A stretch of DNA of 64,000 bases from Polyangiales bacterium (GCA_038231275.1 JBBRLQ010000005.1:1-64000); one strand, 5' to 3'; positions 48,391 through 60,611 are shown, counted from the stretch's first letter. Notes: generated from the sequence alone by a model not told the origin. Numbers and translations: made by a program.

Positions 48391-49383
48391 GTGGGGGTTG
48401 AAGCAAGCGTCGTGGACCAGCCGGAGCCTCCCAAGATCGTGCTCGAGCAGCCGGCGCCGTGCCTGGACGGACGCGCCGCGCAGGAGGTGCTCGTCCGCAC
48501 GCTCGCGCCGAGTCAGGCGCCGGGCGCGGCATGGACGGTGAGCGCGCGCGTGAGGAGAGATCGCACCGCGCTCGTCGCCGAAGGTGAGATCACCGACAGC
48601 GTCGGCGCGGCGGTCGCCCATCGCTCCATTCGCAAAGACACGACCGAGTGCAGCGGCGTCGTGCGCGCGCTCGGCGTGTGGGCGTCGCTGGTGCTCGACG
48701 AGGAAGTGCGTCGCGCCGCTGCGCCTCCGCCTCCTCCTCCTCCCGAGCCCGAGACGAGAGCGCCGTGGCCGTCGCCCGAGCCGCCCGCGGCGGCGGCGCC
48801 CGAGCAAGCGCTCTTCCTCAAGAACCCGAAAGACAGGCGCTCGTTCGAGATCGGGATGGGGACCAGCTACCAGTATGGCCTGCTCGGCGACGGCGGCGCC
48901 GCCATCGGCGGCGGTCACGTGTTCACGGTCTTCGAGATCGACGGCGGGTGGTTCCTTCGTCCGACGATCGCGGCTGGGCGATCGCTGCGCGACGTTGCGG
49001 CGTCGTCCGATCTGAGCGCGACATGGGGCGCGGCGCGCTTCGACGCGTGCCGGCGGATGCCTGGAAACTACACGGAACGTCGCGGCATCCAGATGGACGT
49101 GTGCGGCGGCATCGAGAGCGGCCTTCTCGCGTTCGACTCCGGCGGCAACGGCCGGAGCCCGACGGCGGGTCAGGTGCAAAAGGACGTGACGCCGCTGCTC
49201 GCTCCTGGCGCGTCGCTGGGCCTTCGCGGCGAGCTTGCGAGCGATCTCTCCGCCGAGGTGCGTGGCCTCGTCGGCGTCAATCTTCTGCGCGATACGTTTT
49301 ACGAGAGCCCCGACGGCGTGAAGCTCCAGACCTTGCTCGTGTACGCGCGCCTCGAGCTCGCAGTTTCGTGGAGGGTGCGGTGA
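48391..49383 (+). CDS. Hypothetical protein with C-terminal beta-barrel-like domain (ECF cassette)
   Basis: Cys pair N-domain, Pro linker, alternating beta strands ending SWRVR; start uncertain. Confidence 0.55.
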   Translation: MGVEASVVDQPEPPKIVLEQPAPCLDGRAAQEVLVRTLAPSQAPGAAWTVSARVRRDRTALVAEGEITDSVGAAVAHRSIRKDTTECSGVVRALGVWASLVLDEEVRRAAAPPPPPPPEPETRAPWPSPEPPAAAAPEQALFLKNPKDRRSFEIGMGTSYQYGLLGDGGAAIGGGHVFTVFEIDGGWFLRPTIAAGRSLRDVAASSDLSATWGAARFDACRRMPGNYTERRGIQMDVCGGIESGLLAFDSGGNGRSPTAGQVQKDVTPLLAPGASLGLRGELASDLSAEVRGLVGVNLLRDTFYESPDGVKLQTLLVYARLELAVSWRVR

Positions 49384-49970
49384 TCGAAGATACCGGCGCT
49401 GTCGAGCGCACGTCGATTACGTCGGTTCCCGCCGTGGCGCCGAACGCCGCGTCGCGCGAGTCGATCTTCCGCTCGATGTACGAGGCCCACGTCGACTTCG
49501 TGTGGCGAAATTTGCGGCGCCTCGGCGTCGAGCTCGGCGACGTCGACGACAAGACACAAGAGGTCTTCGTCATCGCGCACCGCCGGTTCGTCGAGTTCGA
49601 GGATCGCGGCCACGGTCCGCGCGCGTGGCTCTTCCAGATCGTCATCCGCGTCGCGTCCGACGCGCGCCGCCACAAGCGCCGCCACCCTGAGGATCCCGAC
49701 AGCGGCAAGCTCCTCGAGCGCGAGTCGATCGAGCCGCCGCAAACGCAGGCCCTCGCGCGCCGCGAAGCGCTCGAGCGCCTGGACCGCGCGCTCGGCACCC
49801 TCGAGGTCGGCCGCCGCGCCGTCCTGGTCCTCCACGAGATCGAAGAAATGACCGCACCGGAAATCGCGCAGAGCCTCGGAATTCCCCTCAACACCGTTTA
49901 CTCGCGCCTCCGCGTGGCGCGCGCCGAGCTCGAAGCGGCGCTGTCCCGCCAGGAAGGAGCCTCACGATGA
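49380..49970 (+). CDS. ECF RNA polymerase sigma factor
   Basis: FVWRNLRRLG, D.TQEVF, AWL..I, EIA..LGIP.NTVYSRL..AR. Confidence 0.93.
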   Translation: MIEDTGAVERTSITSVPAVAPNAASRESIFRSMYEAHVDFVWRNLRRLGVELGDVDDKTQEVFVIAHRRFVEFEDRGHGPRAWLFQIVIRVASDARRHKRRHPEDPDSGKLLERESIEPPQTQALARREALERLDRALGTLEVGRRAVLVLHEIEEMTAPEIAQSLGIPLNTVYSRLRVARAELEAALSRQEGASR

Positions 49971-50740
49971 GCGATCTCTCGACGAGCACCCGCGCCCTTT
50001 TGGACGCCGCGAAAGCGGACGGACCGTCCAAGCTGGCGAAGGCGAAAATCTGGGGAGGCGTGGCGGCGACGACGGCGGCGGCGGCCGGGGGCGGAGCCGC
50101 GGCAGGGAGCGTGGCGGCGTTCGGCTCGGGCAAGCTGCTGATGTTCGGCGCGCTGTTCGGGAGCGCGGTGACGGTCGGTCTCGCGATGGCGCTGATGCAC
50201 GTGGGTCCGATGTCGCCGGAGATCACCGAGCCGCGCGCGGACATGCAGCTCGCGACGCCGCGGCCGGTGCGGGATCCGGCGGCGCCGGCGCAGCCGATTC
50301 GTGCGGGTGGGCCGCAGGACGATCTCACCGTGGAGCAAGACGACGCGCCCGTGGCGACGCCGGTGGGGAACGCCAACGCAGGCGCAAACGCAGCGCCGAA
50401 GGCGGCGCCGGCGGTGGTCGTGAATCCGGCGCAGGGTGCGGCGGCGTCGAAGGCAAAGGCCGCGACCGCGAAGGCGGCGAGGACCGCGGCGGAGAAGGAC
50501 GATCTGCTCGAGCGCGAGTCGCTCCTCGTGTCCGAAGCGCGCGGGGCGCTGGTTCGTGGAGATGCGCGCGCGGCGTTGTCAGCGGTCCACGCGGCGCAGG
50601 CGCTCGACAGCCACGCGCTCGACCCGGAAGAGCTGTCGCTCGAAGCGCGCGCGCTGCGTGCGATGGGAAGCACGGACGCGGCGGACGCGGTCGAATCGCG
50701 CTTGCGGACGCGTTACCCCGATCACGCGCTCGCGCGCTGA
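49967..50740 (+). CDS. Putative anti-sigma factor (TM plus C-terminal TPR-like)
   Basis: ATGA overlap with the sigma gene; TM; Pro/Ala linker; LERE...AR.AL..GD...RYP. Confidence 0.65.
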   Translation: MSDLSTSTRALLDAAKADGPSKLAKAKIWGGVAATTAAAAGGGAAAGSVAAFGSGKLLMFGALFGSAVTVGLAMALMHVGPMSPEITEPRADMQLATPRPVRDPAAPAQPIRAGGPQDDLTVEQDDAPVATPVGNANAGANAAPKAAPAVVVNPAQGAAASKAKAATAKAARTAAEKDDLLERESLLVSEARGALVRGDARAALSAVHAAQALDSHALDPEELSLEARALRAMGSTDAADAVESRLRTRYPDHALAR

Positions 50741-51053
50741 GGGCTTCTCGCGAGGCCGACTCGGCGACCGTGAGGATCGAGGCGCGAGGGCACCCGCTTG
50801 ACTCGTTGCGCGGTCGCGATGGGATCCGCCACCGCCGGCGGCGTCATTCGAGCGTCGCGTCGCGTCGGGGAAAAACCGCGCCGCGATCTCCGCCCCGTAA
50901 ATCCTCGCCGCTCCCCTCGCCTCTCGATCTCGCGGGGAAGCTGCGGGATCGCGCGCGCGCTCCGACGCTTCGGCGAGGCGGCGCACGGCGACGATGAGCC
51001 CCGTCAGGGATGGCCGTGGAGGTGCAGGCGTCGGAGAAGGTCGTCTCTTTCGC

Positions 51054-52295
51054 CTACTGCCCGCCGTCGATCTTCCCCCGCAAAATCCTCGCGGCCTCCC
51101 GGTACGCCGGCCGATCCGGAAACAGCAGCGCCAGCTGGTCGTACGCCAGCGCCGCGCGCTCGTATTGCCCATTCGCGACGAAGTCGACCGCTTGCCGCTC
51201 CAGCGTGCGCTGCGTCCCGTTCGTCGTCGTCGGAAGCGCCGTGACCGACGCGGGCGGCAGAGGAACGCTCGGCAGCGACGAAAGGCTGATCGTCGGAGGC
51301 ACAGTCGCCGATGGGACCGCGCTCGCGGCGTCGTTCATCGTCATCGCGCTCGGCACAGCCGCGCCCCCATCGACGATCGCGACGGGTGTAGCCACGGGCA
51401 CCTCCTCGTCGTCCGCGATGAAGAGGAAGTAAAGCGACACGAGCAACGCCGGCAGCAGCGCGACGAGGATCTTCTTCGGCCCCGTCAGCTCGTCCCACTT
51501 TTGCTTGATCAGCTCGAGCTGCGGGTTTTGTATGCGGTTCGTCTGCACCGTCGGCGCTTGCGTCGAGCGCACCGGCGAGGCTCCCGGCAACGGACCGGAC
51601 GGCGGTGCGCGTCGCGTTCCGAACGGCGTCGGGACCACGAGGCCCGGCTGGCGCGTCGTCTCGCCGAGCTCCGGCGGCAAGGGAACGGGCGCGCCCTTCG
51701 CCATGCGCTGCGTTTGATCGAACGGTGGCCTTAGCAAATGCGCGGGCGTGGGGATTTCCTCCAACGGCGGACCCGGCGGCGGGGGAGGGGGCAGCGGAGG
51801 AAGCGGAAGATTTCCCCCCCGTGCGCTCATCGGCGACGGCGCGTCGAGCGGCTGCACGCGCGTCGACTCGCTCTCGGGCCGCCGCGCGAACGCGCCGGGC
51901 TTGAACGGCCGCGCGATCTGCGGCGCCGGACGATCCACGACCGCGGTCGCCTGATCGTCCAGATCCGGCTCTTCGGTGTACGTCGCTCGAAAATGAAGCC
52001 GCGCCGAGCCCATCTCGATTTTGCAGGGCGGCGACACGCTCGTCCACGTGCGCCCGATCGGCTGCCCGTGCGCGATCACAGGACTCCGTTCATCCACGCT
52101 CTGGAGAAAGAACCGCTTACCGTCGAAATACACGTAGCCGTGCACGTCGAGGATGCCGCTGCCCTCGATGCGCCACATGCCGCGCTTGCCGACGCTCATC
52201 GGTGAGAGCACCTGGCCGCGTGGTATCGCGATGAACGGCGGATCGGCGATGCCGATCTCCACCTCCACCACGAGCTCCTCCGACGGATCAGCCAT
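51054..52295 (-). CDS. FHA-like domain membrane protein with Pro-rich linker and C-terminal TPR
   Basis: SVG....W.I.G.G....H (degenerate FHA); TM; A...Y.QL. Confidence 0.6.
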   Translation of the reverse strand: MADPSEELVVEVEIGIADPPFIAIPRGQVLSPMSVGKRGMWRIEGSGILDVHGYVYFDGKRFFLQSVDERSPVIAHGQPIGRTWTSVSPPCKIEMGSARLHFRATYTEEPDLDDQATAVVDRPAPQIARPFKPGAFARRPESESTRVQPLDAPSPMSARGGNLPLPPLPPPPPPGPPLEEIPTPAHLLRPPFDQTQRMAKGAPVPLPPELGETTRQPGLVVPTPFGTRRAPPSGPLPGASPVRSTQAPTVQTNRIQNPQLELIKQKWDELTGPKKILVALLPALLVSLYFLFIADDEEVPVATPVAIVDGGAAVPSAMTMNDAASAVPSATVPPTISLSSLPSVPLPPASVTALPTTTNGTQRTLERQAVDFVANGQYERAALAYDQLALLFPDRPAYREAARILRGKIDGGQ

Positions 52296-53415
52296 ATTCG
52301 TGCTCGCGCCGCTTCGCTGCATCGTAGACCGCGGCCGGCATGTCGACCCCGTGCTCGTGCAGTTGCGGAAGCGCGCGAGGCAGTATCCCCGTAGGCAAGA
52401 AATCGCTCAAGACCTCACCGCGTTCGCCGAAGCCATGGTACTCGCGGTGGAAAATATCCTGAATCTGGTAGCTCTGCGTGGCGACGTCGAAGCCGAGCAC
52501 CTCGGAGATGTGTGTGATCTTTCGCGACCCGTCTTGGAGGCGCGAGACCTGCACGATCAAGTTCACGGCGCTCGCGAGCTGGACGCGCATCGCGGCGAGC
52601 GGCATGTCGACGTCGCTCATCATCGCCATCGTCTCGAGGCGCGTGAGCGTGTCGCGCGGATAGGTCGCGTGCAGGGTGGACAAGCAGCCGCCGTGACCGC
52701 TGGTCATCGCCTGGATGAGGTCCAGCGCTTCGCCGGACCGGATTTCTCCGACGACGATGCGATCGGGGCGCAGGCGCAACGTCGCGCGGAAGAGATCGCG
52801 AATCGTGACCTCTCCCTTGCCCTTCGGATCCGCGGGCCGCGCCTCGAGCATGACGACGTGCTGGCGCTGGAGCTGGAGCTCGCGCGAGTCTTCGATGACG
52901 ACGACGCGCTCGCCTTCGGGGATGTACGACGAGAGCGCGTTCAGCATCGACGTCTTGCCGCTGCCAGTGCCGCCGGCGACGAGGATGTTCATCTTGGCCG
53001 CGACGAGCGCGTGCAGCGCCATTGCGCTCTCTTCGGTCATCGCGCCGAAGCCGATGAGGCGCTCGACTGTGAGCGTCTCCTTGAAAAAGCGGCGAATGGA
53101 CACGCACGGCCCGTCCGGCGCGGCGGGCGGTAGGATGGCCTCGATGCGCGATCCGTCGGGGAGGCGGCCTTCCAAGATCGGCCGATTTTCGTCGATGTGC
53201 TTGCCGACGAACTGCGCCGCGTTGCGCAGCGCCGCGATGAGCGCCTCGCGCGTCTCGAAGCGCGCGTTCGTGAGCTCGAGCTTTCCTCTTCGCTCCACGA
53301 AGATCTGATCGGGGCCGTTGATCATGATGTCGGCGACGATCGGATCTTCGAGAAAGGGCCGGATCGGGGCGAAAAATTGGAGAAGCGTCTCGGCGAAGAC
53401 CTCGCGGGGGATCAT
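52288..53415 (-). CDS. cpaF: Tad pilus ATPase CpaF/TadA (short copy)
   Basis: GGTGSGKTS, IEDSREL, LRLRPDRIVVGEIR, GH.G..STLHA. Confidence 0.9.
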   Translation of the reverse strand: MIPREVFAETLLQFFAPIRPFLEDPIVADIMINGPDQIFVERRGKLELTNARFETREALIAALRNAAQFVGKHIDENRPILEGRLPDGSRIEAILPPAAPDGPCVSIRRFFKETLTVERLIGFGAMTEESAMALHALVAAKMNILVAGGTGSGKTSMLNALSSYIPEGERVVVIEDSRELQLQRQHVVMLEARPADPKGKGEVTIRDLFRATLRLRPDRIVVGEIRSGEALDLIQAMTSGHGGCLSTLHATYPRDTLTRLETMAMMSDVDMPLAAMRVQLASAVNLIVQVSRLQDGSRKITHISEVLGFDVATQSYQIQDIFHREYHGFGERGEVLSDFLPTGILPRALPQLHEHGVDMPAAVYDAAKRREHEYG

Positions 53416-54029
53416 GGCGAAGCCTCGGTATTCTCGGGGGAGGGGGGGCCAGCTGGAACGGTTTGCATGAGCGACGCGCGGGCTTCCTCCGCATGCGCGC
53501 CCTGCGGCGCGAGGCGAAGGTACTCCCGAAAATGGACATCGGCGCCGGCGCGATCGCCTTGATCGCGGACCACCATCGCGAGCGCAAAGTGGGCCTGGGC
53601 TTCGGTCGGGCGCGCGACGAGCACCCTCTCGAGCTCGGCGCGGGCGCCCGGCGCGTCGCCGACCGCGGCGTACAGCGTCCCGAGGACGAAGCGCGCGCTC
53701 ACGTCGGAGGGGTGCCGTCGCAAGTGATTCTCAGCGTAATTGATGGCGACGCGGTAGCGGCCGTCTTGCACGCACACGGCCAGGAGCAGCGGGATGATCT
53801 TGGCTTCGTCGCCCCCCGTCTCGATCGCCGCCGCGAAATATTCCTCGGCGCGCGTGAGATCACCGACGTTCCAGAACGCGCGCGCCTGCGCGACCATCTT
53901 CTCGGGCTTCTGCTCGCTGCGGAACGTCTTCACGTTCTGCTGCACGCGCTCGCCGGGCGAGGCCGCGCAGCCGACGGTCAGCGCCGCGGAGGCGAGGAGC
54001 GGGAGGAGGCGCGAGAGGAGGCGAGGCAT
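53412..54029 (-). CDS. TPR lipoprotein (TadD/pilotin-like)
   Basis: Lipobox TVGC; tandem TPR helices; location in the Tad locus. Confidence 0.65.
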   Translation of the reverse strand: MPRLLSRLLPLLASAALTVGCAASPGERVQQNVKTFRSEQKPEKMVAQARAFWNVGDLTRAEEYFAAAIETGGDEAKIIPLLLAVCVQDGRYRVAINYAENHLRRHPSDVSARFVLGTLYAAVGDAPGARAELERVLVARPTEAQAHFALAMVVRDQGDRAGADVHFREYLRLAPQGAHAEEARASLMQTVPAGPPSPENTEASP

Positions 54030-54031
54030 GC

Positions 54032-54916
54032 TCACGACTTCGGCGGCCCTCCGCTGCCGAGCTTCACTTTGAGACGCCGATCCCAGTTCGAGAGCCACGT
54101 TACGTAGTCGCCCGGCTTCCCTTCGGTGAACGCGAGCAGGATCTTGACTTGCCGCTGCGCGCTCTTGCCGTCGTTCACCGAGAGGGCGTGCTCGAGGCGG
54201 ACGCGCTGCGTGCGGTAGTCGTCGGTGAGCTCTTTGCGCAGCGCGTTCGCCGAGGCGTACGCCTGGTTGCTGGATTCGACGTCGCCTCCGCTTCGAAAAC
54301 AGACCGCCGCCAGCTCGTAGAGAGGCACCGCTGCGACGCCGTCCTGCACGTGGAACGGCCGCCGTTCGCGCTTCGCGTCGGCGACCTGCCGCTTCTCACG
54401 CGCGAGCGCCAACGCCTGATCCGCGCTCGGCTGCGGGCACGAGGTGATCGGCGCGCTCCACAAATCCGGCTCTTTCGGCGGCTTGGTGACCACCGTGTCG
54501 GTTGGCTGGTCGAAGAAGAAGAGGTAGCCGGCCGCGGGGATCATCATCAATACGGCGATCACCGTCATCGGGCTCGTGCCGGCTTTCTTCTGCTGCGTCT
54601 GGATGCCGCCGCCGGCGATGTCCGCCGCTTGCGCGTAAATCTGCACCTGCCCCACGCCGAGCAGCGTCTCGGCCGGGAGCGGCGCTTGTGTGAACGGGAT
54701 GCCGTTCATCGTCGGCGGTGGCTCGAAGCTCAGCGCGCGCGCGAAGACGTTGCCGTTGGCGCCGACCTCGATGAGCACGTGCTCCACCGCCGCTTGATCG
54801 AGCGGGAGGCGAATGTCGCAGTGCGCGCCGCTGCCGATGAGCGCGCGCTCGTGCTCGATGTTGATCTGCTCCTGTTGCCCGGTGGGGTACTGGATCTGGA
54901 AGCGGAGGATCCTCAC
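54032..54916 (-). CDS. FHA-domain membrane protein
   Basis: LIGSGAHCDIRL...EH...NG; one TM; helical C-terminus. Confidence 0.7.
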   Translation of the reverse strand: MRILRFQIQYPTGQQEQINIEHERALIGSGAHCDIRLPLDQAAVEHVLIEVGANGNVFARALSFEPPPTMNGIPFTQAPLPAETLLGVGQVQIYAQAADIAGGGIQTQQKKAGTSPMTVIAVLMMIPAAGYLFFFDQPTDTVVTKPPKEPDLWSAPITSCPQPSADQALALAREKRQVADAKRERRPFHVQDGVAAVPLYELAAVCFRSGGDVESSNQAYASANALRKELTDDYRTQRVRLEHALSVNDGKSAQRQVKILLAFTEGKPGDYVTWLSNWDRRLKVKLGSGGPPKS

Positions 54917-54920
54917 GGCG

Positions 54921-55832
54921 TCACAGGCCTCCCGTGATCGTCATGAGCGCAGGCCCGAGGAGGAGCAGCATGATCGAGAAGAAGACGAGCATGAGCGGAC
55001 CGACCATCTGCACGCCCGCCTTCGCTGCCGCCTCTTCCGCGCGCACCGAGCGACGCGTGCGCGACACGTTGGCCTGGATGGTGAGCACTTCGGCGACGGG
55101 ATTGCCGCGCTCTTCGGCCTGGATGAGCGCGTTGACGAACTCGGTGACGGAGTCGACCGGCGCGCGCTTCGCGAGCTCGAGGAGCGCTTGCTTGCGCGTC
55201 TGCCCGAGGTTCAAGGTCTGGAGCACCAGCGTGAACTCTTCGACGATCGGATCGTCGGGGTTGCTGCTCTTCTCGACGACCTGACGCACGGCACCCGGGA
55301 AATCGAGCCCCGCGCCCATTCCCAGCGCCATGAGATCGATCACGTAGGGCAGCCCGCGGCTGATCGATTTCAATCGCTCGGTGCCTGCGCCGCTGATTTG
55401 CAGGTACGGCAGCGCGGCGCCGAGGGCGGTCAGCGCGATCGACATGAGCGGCCCGAGATCGGTCACGTACGCGGCGACGACGCCCGCGCCCGCGCCGGCG
55501 ATCGCGCTCAAGATCGACAGCGCGAGGAACTCGTCGGCGGTGAGCCCCATGTAGTCGCCGGCGAGGCCGACCAGGCGATCGATGCTCGATCGCTGCTCGT
55601 CGGTCGGAATGCCGCTGAGGCGCACGCCCATCCATCGCACGAGCGGCTCGAGCCCCGCCCACACCTCGTTCTTCGCGAGCACGCGCTGTCGCTTGAGGCC
55701 GCGGAGACCGAGCCGGCTCGCCACCCGCGTCGGCGCGCTCGCCAGCGTGTACACCGTCATGACGAGCGCGAGCCCGCCGGTGAAGAGCACCGCCATCCGG
55801 AGGACCAACGTCTGGATGCTCAGCTCGCTCAT
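54921..55832 (-). CDS. tadC: Tad inner-membrane platform protein TadC
   Basis: LPYVIDLMAL.M.AGL; G.TR.QAL; AEE.AAK..V.M..PL. Confidence 0.88.
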   Translation of the reverse strand: MSELSIQTLVLRMAVLFTGGLALVMTVYTLASAPTRVASRLGLRGLKRQRVLAKNEVWAGLEPLVRWMGVRLSGIPTDEQRSSIDRLVGLAGDYMGLTADEFLALSILSAIAGAGAGVVAAYVTDLGPLMSIALTALGAALPYLQISGAGTERLKSISRGLPYVIDLMALGMGAGLDFPGAVRQVVEKSSNPDDPIVEEFTLVLQTLNLGQTRKQALLELAKRAPVDSVTEFVNALIQAEERGNPVAEVLTIQANVSRTRRSVRAEEAAAKAGVQMVGPLMLVFFSIMLLLLGPALMTITGGL

Positions 55833-56700
55833 AGGTCCACCGAGAGCACCTTGCGGGCGAGCACGATCGCCGTCACCCACAGCGTCGAGGCGACGCCGAT
55901 GAGGATGTAGCCGATCATGTTGCCCTCGAGCGGCTTGAAATAGCCCGGCCAGAGCGCGTTCAACATGAAGACGAGCACGAACGGCAGGACGCCGATCGCC
56001 CACAGCTGGAAGCGCCCCTCGGCGGTCTTCGTGCGCACGACGCCCTCGAGGCGCTGCATCTCGCGCATCGTCGAGCTCGTCGTCTCGAGCACCTTCGGGA
56101 GATTTCCGCCGACCTGACGTCCGATCAAGATCGAGCTCAGCGCCGAGTCGAGCTGACGGCTGCCGGCGCGCGACGCCATGTGCAGGAGCGCCTGATCGAG
56201 CGAGCTGCCGACCTTCATCTCCTTCAGCGCCAGATCCACCTCTTGCCGCATCGGCGGCTGGATGACGCCCGACACCGACGCGAGCGCCGCGCCGATGCTC
56301 GGCGTGGATTTGAGCGCGTTGGCGAGCGCGAGGAGGAACCCGTCGAGCTGCGACTCGATCTCCTCGACGCGCTTCTTGCGGAGCTGCTCGATGTACACGC
56401 CGGGCACGACCGCGATGACGACGACGCCGAGGTACCAGTACGGAATGTCGATGAGGATGTGCGCGACGAGGAACACGAACACGAGGACGAGCTGCGCGAG
56501 CGCGATGCGTCGACCGGGCAGGAAGATGAACATCGGGCGGAGCTTTCGCTCCATCGACGACGTGTAACGGTTCCAGTACCGGTAGCCGAAGCTCGCCGGA
56601 TCACGCGCCGCCGAGAACGTCGCGATGAAGAGCGCGAGGAAGACGGCGGCGAGGCTGCCCCACTTCGTCATCTCCGTCAGCGGCGCGACGTCGCGAAAAT

Positions 56701-56704
<4 letters not shown>
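55829..56704 (-). CDS. tadB: Tad inner-membrane platform protein TadB
   Basis: QL..FL..LANALK; G.SL.QAL; GGNL..VLE; TAEGR. Confidence 0.88.
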
Positions 56705-58458
<1,754 letters not shown>

Positions 58459-58491
58459 GACAGGGTTTCTGGATCTGCCTGGTTTTTGAAG

Positions 58492-59817
58492 CTACTTCGC
58501 CGAAGGCGGGGTCTTGTTGAACGTGTTGACCTGGTCGATTTCCCCGCTGTAATCGCCGAACGTCGCGAGTGCGTTCTTGATGATCTCGACCGACGACTTG
58601 GGGACGGTCTCGACGACGCTCGGGATGATGAAGACCGCGCCCTCGACGTCGGTGAGATCGTCGCGGTTGCTGGAGAAGAGGACGCCGAGCACAGGGATCT
58701 GGCTGAGGCCGGGGACGCCCACGATGTCGTGGCGCTGGTTCTGCGTGCGGATGCCGGAGAGGACGAGCGCTTGACCGAGCTTCAGCGTGACGAGCGTGCT
58801 GAGCTTACTGGTGCTTCGGCCCGGCAGCGTGCTCGACGCGGCCGGTGGCGTGAGATCGGAGACGTCGGCGGACAGCTTCACCTCGACGTCCTTGCTCGTC
58901 TGCTCGAAGCGCGGGAGCACGGTGACGTTGGTGCCGAACTGCACCTTGACGAGGCTGGACGTGAGGCCGGTGGCCGCGATGAAGTTCTGCTCGCCGCCCG
59001 AGTCGAACGTGGCCTCGGCGCCGTTGGAGGTGAGCACGGTCGATTGCTTGAGCACCTTCGCCCAGCCGTGGCGCGCGGCGATGTCGAGGCGCGGCAGCGG
59101 CTGATTGACGATCGAGGCCTGCGCAGCCGTCGGCGTCTTCGCGATGAAGTCGTACGAGAACGAGCTCTGCGTGATCTGCGCGCCGCCCGCCGGGTTCGTG
59201 AAGCTGCCCGCCGCCGCGTCGCCGCCGATCGATCCCGGCCACGCGAGGCCCACCGCGTAGCTCGCGCTCCGCTCGTATTGCACGAAGAAAAAATCGAGCC
59301 GGATGAGGATCTTCCCGTCGGCGGGGCCTCGTCCGACGCTCACGAGCGCCTCGACCTGCCCCTCGTAGAGCCCTGCGATCTGCTGGATTCGCCGGTATTC
59401 CACGTCGGTCGTGACCGCGCCCTCGATGAAGACGCGCGTACCGATGGGGCGCGTGCTCACGCCGGGCATCTTGTCGAGCAGCTGCTGGAGCTCTCTCTGC
59501 ACGGCTTCGACCGGCCGCTTCGCGACGCTCACCTGGAACGTCTGCTGCGAGCCGTCCTGCTTGAGCATCAGGAACGTCGTGTTGCCGGGCTTCTTGGCGG
59601 TGATGACGATCTTGTCGCCCTGTGTCGTGAGCGTCGACTCGATGATCGACTTGTCGCCCTCGCCGAAGTTCGACACGCCGCGCGCCGAGAGCGTCTTGGT
59701 CTCGCCGACGGCGAGGTTGATCTCGCTGTCCTTGTGGCCCTGCGCGGCTGCGATGGCCGCGCTCGTCATGACCGCGACGCTCACAAGGCCGGCGGCGGCC
59801 GCGGCCGAAAATCTCAC
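58492..59817 (-). CDS. cpaC: Tad secretin CpaC/RcpA
   Basis: Signal peptide; L.VGE pil_N domain; A.F.SGGE; G..L.LSG; PGLSQIPVLG.LF. Confidence 0.88.
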   Translation of the reverse strand: MRFSAAAAAGLVSVAVMTSAAIAAAQGHKDSEINLAVGETKTLSARGVSNFGEGDKSIIESTLTTQGDKIVITAKKPGNTTFLMLKQDGSQQTFQVSVAKRPVEAVQRELQQLLDKMPGVSTRPIGTRVFIEGAVTTDVEYRRIQQIAGLYEGQVEALVSVGRGPADGKILIRLDFFFVQYERSASYAVGLAWPGSIGGDAAAGSFTNPAGGAQITQSSFSYDFIAKTPTAAQASIVNQPLPRLDIAARHGWAKVLKQSTVLTSNGAEATFDSGGEQNFIAATGLTSSLVKVQFGTNVTVLPRFEQTSKDVEVKLSADVSDLTPPAASSTLPGRSTSKLSTLVTLKLGQALVLSGIRTQNQRHDIVGVPGLSQIPVLGVLFSSNRDDLTDVEGAVFIIPSVVETVPKSSVEIIKNALATFGDYSGEIDQVNTFNKTPPSAK

Positions 59818-60611
59818 TGCCCCTCCGGCAAGCGCGTCGCGCGCTGCGGGGTGTAGTTGCGGCTCCCCACCGGATCGCGCCCGTCGCGGTTGAAGAGGAG
59901 CTGCGTATTGTAGTCGGGGATGCGATCGATCGTGCGCTGATCCTCCGCGTTTCGCAGCGCGACGGTGATCCGGCCTTTTTCCTGGGCCGCGGCGAGGAGC
60001 TGCGCCTCGGGCAAGGTGAGGCTCAACGTGAGGAGGTTGTCGCGATCGCTGACGACGCCGTTCTTCTCGGCGGGGCTCGTGTCGCTCGACGTGTCGAGAC
60101 CGGTCGCGAGCACGAGCACGCGCTGAAGGAGCACCGCGGCCGCGCGCGTCTCGCTCTGCTGGCTCTGGCTCATGACGGCGATGACGTCGACGTAGTTGCC
60201 CGGCCGAATGAGCGCGACGCTCGAGTCCTCGCGCGACGTCTTGATCGTGACGGCGCGGTTGCCGGGCTGCACGATGTCCGACAAATCGCGGCGATCCTCG
60301 CTCGCGGTGATGAGGTCGGTCCACATCAAGGTCTGGTTGGCCTGCACGGTGTTGCCCACGCGCAGGCCCAGGATCTTCGCCTTCTCCACCTCTTTGATGG
60401 CGCGATCCTCGACGTACGCCTGCGGCACCTCGCGCGTTGCGACGAGCTCATCGGTGATGACCTTGCCGCGCTCGATGGGCTTAACGGCCATCAGCAGCTT
60501 GATTTTGGCGCCGCCCGACGCGTCGACTTCGAACCTGCGTTGGTACAAAACCAGCAGGAAGACGCCGAGCATGCCGACGATCAGCGCAAGGACGAGCGCA
60601 CGACGGTTCAT
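59814..60611 (-). CDS. cpaB: Flp pilus assembly protein CpaB/RcpC (SAF domain)
   Basis: N-terminal TM; G.RAVTI; IRPG..VDV; LQ.V.VLA; LRN..D. Confidence 0.9.
   Translation of the reverse strand: MNRRALVLALIVGMLGVFLLVLYQRRFEVDASGGAKIKLLMAVKPIERGKVITDELVATREVPQAYVEDRAIKEVEKAKILGLRVGNTVQANQTLMWTDLITASEDRRDLSDIVQPGNRAVTIKTSREDSSVALIRPGNYVDVIAVMSQSQQSETRAAAVLLQRVLVLATGLDTSSDTSPAEKNGVVSDRDNLLTLSLTLPEAQLLAAAQEKGRITVALRNAEDQRTIDRIPDYNTQLLFNRDGRDPVGSRNYTPQRATRLPEGQ

Noticed and set aside
50741-51053. 313-bp gap between convergent genes as a second MITE or small gene
   Set aside because: Only weak GGGCT/AGCCC end similarity, no target duplication, and overlapping ORFs look like noise
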